The notes under the pieces are model-generated. The model did no database searches, was not told where the DNA came from, and was given only the letters and a program-made list of their open reading frames with translations. Of a stretch of DNA of 42,337 nucleotides, positions 36,634 through 42,337 are shown in pieces. The stretch is from contig NC_068993.1 of the NCBI RefSeq assembly GCF_001194135.2, positions 51,435,370 to 51,477,706 on the forward strand, read 5' to 3'. The translations under genes and the position numbers were made by a program. Source of the DNA: Octopus bimaculoides (lineage: Eukaryota). The number at the start of each line of letters is the position of its first letter. The first letter of the stretch is position 1.

Positions 36634-37679
36634 TGACGTGAAAATAATATTTCATATATATATATACTCACATGCATATATACAAACAGACAGACAGACA
36701 GACAGGTAGAGACAGATACTGGCACACACACACACGCACACACGCACACAAACACACAAACACACACACGCACACACACACAGATATATGCTCATCAAGA
36801 TACAACTGGATTAGAAAAGAATTCTCCTTTTTAGTCAGGAAGTTGAGGCAATATCCATAACTCCTTATAGGAAGAGACTGAGATTTGTGGAATTAAGATG
36901 GAGGTAAGGTATCGTTAGAACAGAACCTCCAGGTTCTTGCAACTGCAAAAGGCACCCCTTAATTCACATCTATAGAAAAACGAAGAACACATTAGATCAT
37001 GAAGTTCAAGCCTCCTCTAACGATAAATGGCCACGGCTGGACTGAAAGCTTACTGCAGCAACCTATCGGTCCTTAAACAGAGAGCGCGGTCTGAAGAGGT
37101 TTGACCCGATACCTGTCCAGAACATTTTCATGGAGTTCTTTGTAAAGATCCGTATTTATTTTCAGATTATTTTGCCGTTGTTTCCTATGTTCTGAGTGAT
37201 ATATAGCTTTCCATTTTTATGTCCCAAGTTAATCTGGTGATTGAGAAAACTTGGGTACGTATACCATATGTCGTACGCATCACATGACATATCACGTGTG
37301 ATAAACAGGACAGGCAAGTGGTTAAGAATTTTGTGCAAAGGATACATAACAGGTTAGCGTCTCACTAAGCCAGGGGATAAGGGTATCGAGGAATCGTTCT
37401 TTGCCTGCTGCAATGTGTACAGCAATCTCTCATTTCTCTATCGCTTCGCCCAGATGTGACTCCCCACTTCACGGCTGAATGGTTAGCAATAACAAGACCA
37501 ACCAACTGTAAAATAAAAATAAAATTAAACAAAGATACAAAGCAGCATTCGCTCCAACAATATGTAAATGTCCAAGAGAAATGAAATAAAAAAAAAAGAC
37601 AGAAACAAACCAATGCTCAATAAATAAAACATGCCAGCTATTGATGTAAAACAGTAAATGGACATATATACAAGCACAC

Positions 37680-37680
37680 A

Positions 37681-37733
<53 letters not shown>

Positions 37734-38176
37734 GTGTGTGTGTGTGTGTATGAATGTATGTATGTATGTATGTATATATAAATATATATATATATACATG
37801 GCTATCTTATGTAAGTAACTAACCGTTGCGAAATTTATGATGTTGCGCAGTCTAGTGGATATCAAACAGCAAGTGGAAATTCTCTTTAATCTTTTACGTT
37901 TTCACGAGGTCATGTGTACTCTTCTATAAAACAAAAAAAAGAAAGAGATATTAATATAGATGCATGTTTGCAAATATGTTTGCATATGTGTCTTTATTTG
38001 TGGATGTGACACATACACACTTTCACACACATACGCTCAAACACATTATGAAAACTTCCATAGTGCGCCTGACATATACGCGCATGGGAAAACATTTAGA
38101 AACGTATGCATGCGTACACGCGTACATAAATACATACATACATACATACATATATATACATACACACATACATATG

Positions 38177-38261
<85 letters not shown>
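37680..38261. repeat. (TA)/(TG)/(TACA)n microsatellites
   Basis: Read directly, with a unique island at about 37800-37960. Confidence 0.9.
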
Positions 38262-39139
38262 NNNNNNNNNNNNNNNNNNNNNNNNNNNNNNNNNNNNNNN
38301 NNNNNNNNNNNNNNNNNNNNNNNNNNNNNNNNNNNNNNNNNNNNNNNNNNNNNNNNNNNNNNNNNNNNNNNNNNNNNNNNNNNNNNNNNNNNNNNNNNNN
38401 NNNNNNNNNNNNNNNNNNNNNNNNNNNNNNNNNNNNNNNNNNNNNNNNNNNNNNNNNNNNNNNNNNNNNNNNNNNNNNNNNNNNNNNNNNNNNNNNNNNN
38501 NNNNNNNNNNNNNNNNNNNNNNNNNNNNNNNNNNNNNNNNNNNNNNNNNNNNNNNNNNNNNNNNNNNNNNNNNNNNNNNNNNNNNNNNNNNNNNNNNNNN
38601 NNNNNNNNNNNNNNNNNNNNNNNNNNNNNNNNNNNNNNNNNNNNNNNNNNNNNNNNNNNNNNNNNNNNNNNNNNNNNNNNNNNNNNNNNNNNNNNNNNNN
38701 NNNNNNNNNNNNNNNNNNNNNNNNNNNNNNNNNNNNNNNNNNNNNNNNNNNNNNNNNNNNNNNNNNNNNNNNNNNNNNNNNNNNNNNNNNNNNNNNNNNN
38801 NNNNNNNNNNNNNNNNNNNNNNNNNNNNNNNNNNNNNNNNNNNNNNNNNNNNNNNNNNNNNNNNNNNNNNNNNNNNNNNNNNNNNNNNNNNNNNNNNNNN
38901 NNNNNNNNNNNNNNNNNNNNNNNNNNNNNNNNNNNNNNNNNNNNNNNNNNNNNNNNNNNNNNNNNNNNNNNNNNNNNNNNNNTTATATATATATATATAT
39001 ATATAATACAAAATGGGACAAGAACGCAAAACATCCAGACAGTTAGGTGATACAAAAATGGGACAAGAAAACATCCCGATAGACGATACAAAGAAAACAA
39101 GGACGGGTCATTCGGAGTTTTCTTTCTTCAGTACAAAGT

Positions 39140-39292
39140 GCTTCTTTCAGTTTCCGTCTACAAAATCCACTCACAAGCCTTTGGTAGGCTCGAAACTATA
39201 GTAGAAGACATTTGCCCGAGGTGCCACGCGGTAGGACTGAACCCCGAACCATGTGGTTGAGAAGTAAGCTTCGTACGACAGAGTCACGCGGC
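39140..39292 (-). mobile_element. OR2-like CORE SINE 5' part
   Basis: Plus strand CTTCTTTCAGTTTCCGTCTACAAAATCCACTCACAAGCC...TATAGTAGAAGACATTTGCCCGAGGTGCCACGCGGTAGGACTGAACCCCGAACCATGTGG. Confidence 0.85.
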
Positions 39293-39875
39293 AGCTTAAG
39301 TATGAATACAAATATTCATTTTAGAGTAATTCACACCAAATATGTTCACCCTGGCCAATAAACCCACATTTTGGAACCACTTATGATGTGGAAAAAATAA
39401 TAAAGGTAAAATAAACACGTAATCAAGCGCTCTTTAGACCCACAAATACGGAATATCGTTGTCCAGATAAAAGTCGGGTTACATCTTAGGTTTTTATATA
39501 GCACAAAGTACATTTTTATATCGATTTCATATGAATAATACATTCTCCCAAATTCGGCATCACACACCACCTATATAGCTACATTAGACTTTTAATGGAA
39601 CACTTAATGCATAGAAACAATGACCGTAAAACACACATACACACACATATATACAAATATCACATGTAAATGGGGACACACACACACACACACTCAGGCA
39701 ATGACATGTACAGGGGTTACTAACGCAACTTGCGTCTGCGCACATAGTAACTGTCGTTCGCTTTTCTTGTAATTATGGCTAGCAATGTACCAAAACGTTT
39801 ATTGCATTGCATCATACACACACACTGGAAAAGTAGATATAAGATTGCCAAGATTTTGTCTCTCATCAAAGATCA

Positions 39876-39934
39876 GTGGCTATCGAACGCCGACGAAGGG
39901 AAATAACCCTGAAACCCGGGTCCGTTCGTGCTAC
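39876..39934 (+). ncRNA. Type I hammerhead ribozyme candidate, U4C core variant, palindromic stem III
   Basis: Stem I CGAACG(39884-89)/CGTTCG(39923-28), extended by GTGGC/GCTAC across an internal loop. Core CCGACGA(39890-96). Stem II AGGG-AAATAA-CCCT. GAAA(39911-14). Stem III ACCCGGGT palindrome. GUC triplet with predicted cleavage after 39922. Confidence 0.75.
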
Positions 39935-40576
39935 AGGTCATGATGGGAGGGATAACTTCCCTTGGCAAACAGGACACAATAGTGTGTCGATAAGCCAGCT
40001 GGAGGAGATGTCCTCCTGGGGCTAAAAGCAACAGTAACATCCACCCCTAGGGGTCAGCCACACTTAAGTGGCAATATACTACACTTTATCGTGCAGTTAC
40101 TGTTAATACTTCATTTAGAGAATTAACATTGCTNNNNNNNNNNNNNNNNNNNNNNNNNNNNNNNNNNNNNNNNNNNNNNNNNNNNNNNNNNNNNNNNNNN
40201 NNNNNNNNNNNNNNNNNNNNNNNNNNNNNNNNNNNNNNNNNNNNNNNNNNNNNNNNNNNNNNNNNNNNNNNNNNNNNNNNNNNNNNNNNNNNNNNNNNNN
40301 NNNNNNNNNNNNNNNNNNNNNNNNNNNNNNNNNNNNNNNNNNNNNNNNNNNNNNNNNNNNNNNNNNNNNNNNNNNNNNNNNNNNNNNNNNNNNNNNNNNN
40401 NNNNNNNNNNNNNNNNNNNNNNNNNNNNNNNNNNNNNNNNNNNNNNNNNNNNNNNNNNNNNNNNNNNNNNNNNNNNNNNNNNNNNNNNNNNNNNNNNNNN
40501 NNNNNNNNNNNNNNNNNNNNNNNNNNNNNNNNNNNNNNNNNNNNNNNNNNNNNNNNNNNNNNNNNNNNNNNNNNNN

Positions 40577-40609
<33 letters not shown>

Positions 40610-40627
40610 CCATAGTTATATCGATAC

Positions 40628-40681
<54 letters not shown>

Positions 40682-40945
40682 GGACAGATACATGCATACA
40701 CATAGACACATATCGATAGGTAGCCAAGCAGGTGTTAAAACATACAAATCTAAAATTATTGAAAATTTACCTTTACATAGTCACCGGCATTTCATAATAA
40801 CGAGTTACTATTACATTAAAATGCAATTAGACACATATAAATGCAGCCACAGTTGCCAGACATCCACACACTTATCTCTACATCTGAACGAACTGATGTG
40901 CAAGAGACATGTAAACAGAAAGATATGTGCTCAACTACATTTGCA

Positions 40946-41026
<81 letters not shown>

Positions 41027-41078
41027 ATATATATATTATTTACATACAGATATATAGATAGATAGATAGGTAGGTAGG

Positions 41079-41125
<47 letters not shown>
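40577..41125. repeat. (TA)n, (GATA)n and (TG)n microsatellites
   Basis: Read directly. Confidence 0.93.
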
Positions 41126-41127
<2 letters not shown>

Positions 41128-42337
41128 TTCGTATGACTATAACCAATATAAGAGTAGAGTCACAGCCATACATATGTATATATTTATGTCTCATAAATGA
41201 AGCATACACTTTTTATATTTATATATATTTCATACTTTTTCTTTTTACCAAACGCTAAATTCACAATTTTATATATCCAAGCTTCATCTTACGCATGCGT
41301 TGTTTTAATTTCTGCTATATTAGTAAGCTAATCCCAGATTGCTCACCAGAATTTACATTCTGCCACATATTCACGCCAGAACGTTCGTATATTACATTGC
41401 AGAAGCCGTTCTAGCAACATTTAACGCATCGTTAATTAAGTTTGTCTCTGGTCTAAGAGTATTCTTCCTAGTTCCAGTCATAAACCTACTTTTATAACAC
41501 ACTTCATGTAATTTCTGAATTCGAAATTAATTTTAGTGATGGCGGCGATAGATGTAAACGAAAAGAAAACGATAACGCACCACACATGTTAGAAACACTC
41601 ATCATCAGCTCCCTGTTAAATATGTCCATGGTTTCGCTACCAAAGTTTCGCTACTACATCCCATGAAATTTATAACGCAACCATATTTTTCGTAACTAGT
41701 ATCTTACCTCTGTTTTCTATGCATATTTGACAGAAGTCTTGATGAGAATATTCTACTAGTCCAAATATTAAACTGTTATACATGCACACTCACATATGGT
41801 TGCGAATAATTTTTCAAATTCAATGAATAAAGTAACACTGACGGACAGATCTTCGCAACCTAATTATTAATTTACGCTGGCACCAATAATTACTGGTGTA
41901 CTTGTTTATTGTAATATACATAACTTATATATTCATCATGAATCTCTGTGTTTTACTGGTCAAAACAAGTGGACAACTAACATGAAATTTTCCTATTCAG
42001 CATTTAATAGCTACTGAAAGTATAGATAAAGTGCTTCTAAAATTCAACATACAAATCGTCACCGCTGCTGCTATGGAAATTCCAGCCCTAGACTCGTGTT
42101 TCTTTGTCGGAAACCAGTCATGTTGTATAGGAAAAAGTCAAGGTATTCAAAATAAAAACAGTAGACATACACATAAATGTACAAACCTTCACGCGCGCAA
42201 AATCTCTTGCAAGTACTAAATCACGTATACATACACACATAAACGCACTCGCATGCAATATTGTGAGCCATCAGTCTCTCAGGGTCACAAATATAACAAA
42301 TATGTGAATGACCCCTTAGTTATATTTATATATATAT

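Noticed and set aside
37091-37118. CTGAAGA-GGTTTGACC-CGATA hammerhead look-alike
   Set aside because: It has GATA instead of GAAA, and stem I does not pair.
39940-40050. HDV-like, twister or pistol ribozyme downstream of the hammerhead (GGCTAA/GGCAAA motifs)
   Set aside because: The required P1/P2 pseudoknot pairings could not be built by hand. Only simple hairpins are supported.
41290-41420. Minus-strand peptide faintly like a LINE APE endonuclease (SGEQSGISLLI)
   Set aside because: It is too short and interrupted, and no catalytic motifs were found nearby.

Overview
Eukaryotic, AT-rich, microsatellite-dense draft-assembly scaffold with about 15 N gaps. The SINE families and repeat density suggest a coleoid cephalopod such as Octopus (inference from remembered repeat families, not a database result). 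No intact long host ORF is visible, and nearly all ORF-track entries are artefacts of microsatellites or N runs. The window is mostly tRNA-derived SINEs (Meta-core-like, two CORE-like types and the tail of another family). It also holds two Dong/R4-like RLE LINE fragments abutting (TAA)n tracts, a decayed L1/Tx1-like LINE, two Tc1/mariner MITEs (one nested in a SINE) and a mariner 3' end. A weak chain of short minus-strand exons is possible. The most striking observation is a structurally complete type I hammerhead ribozyme at 39876-39934. It has a non-canonical U4>C core (CCGACGA) and a palindromic, dimer-type stem III, and sits in a hairpin-rich ~300 nt unit resembling a retrozyme or a Penelope terminal repeat.
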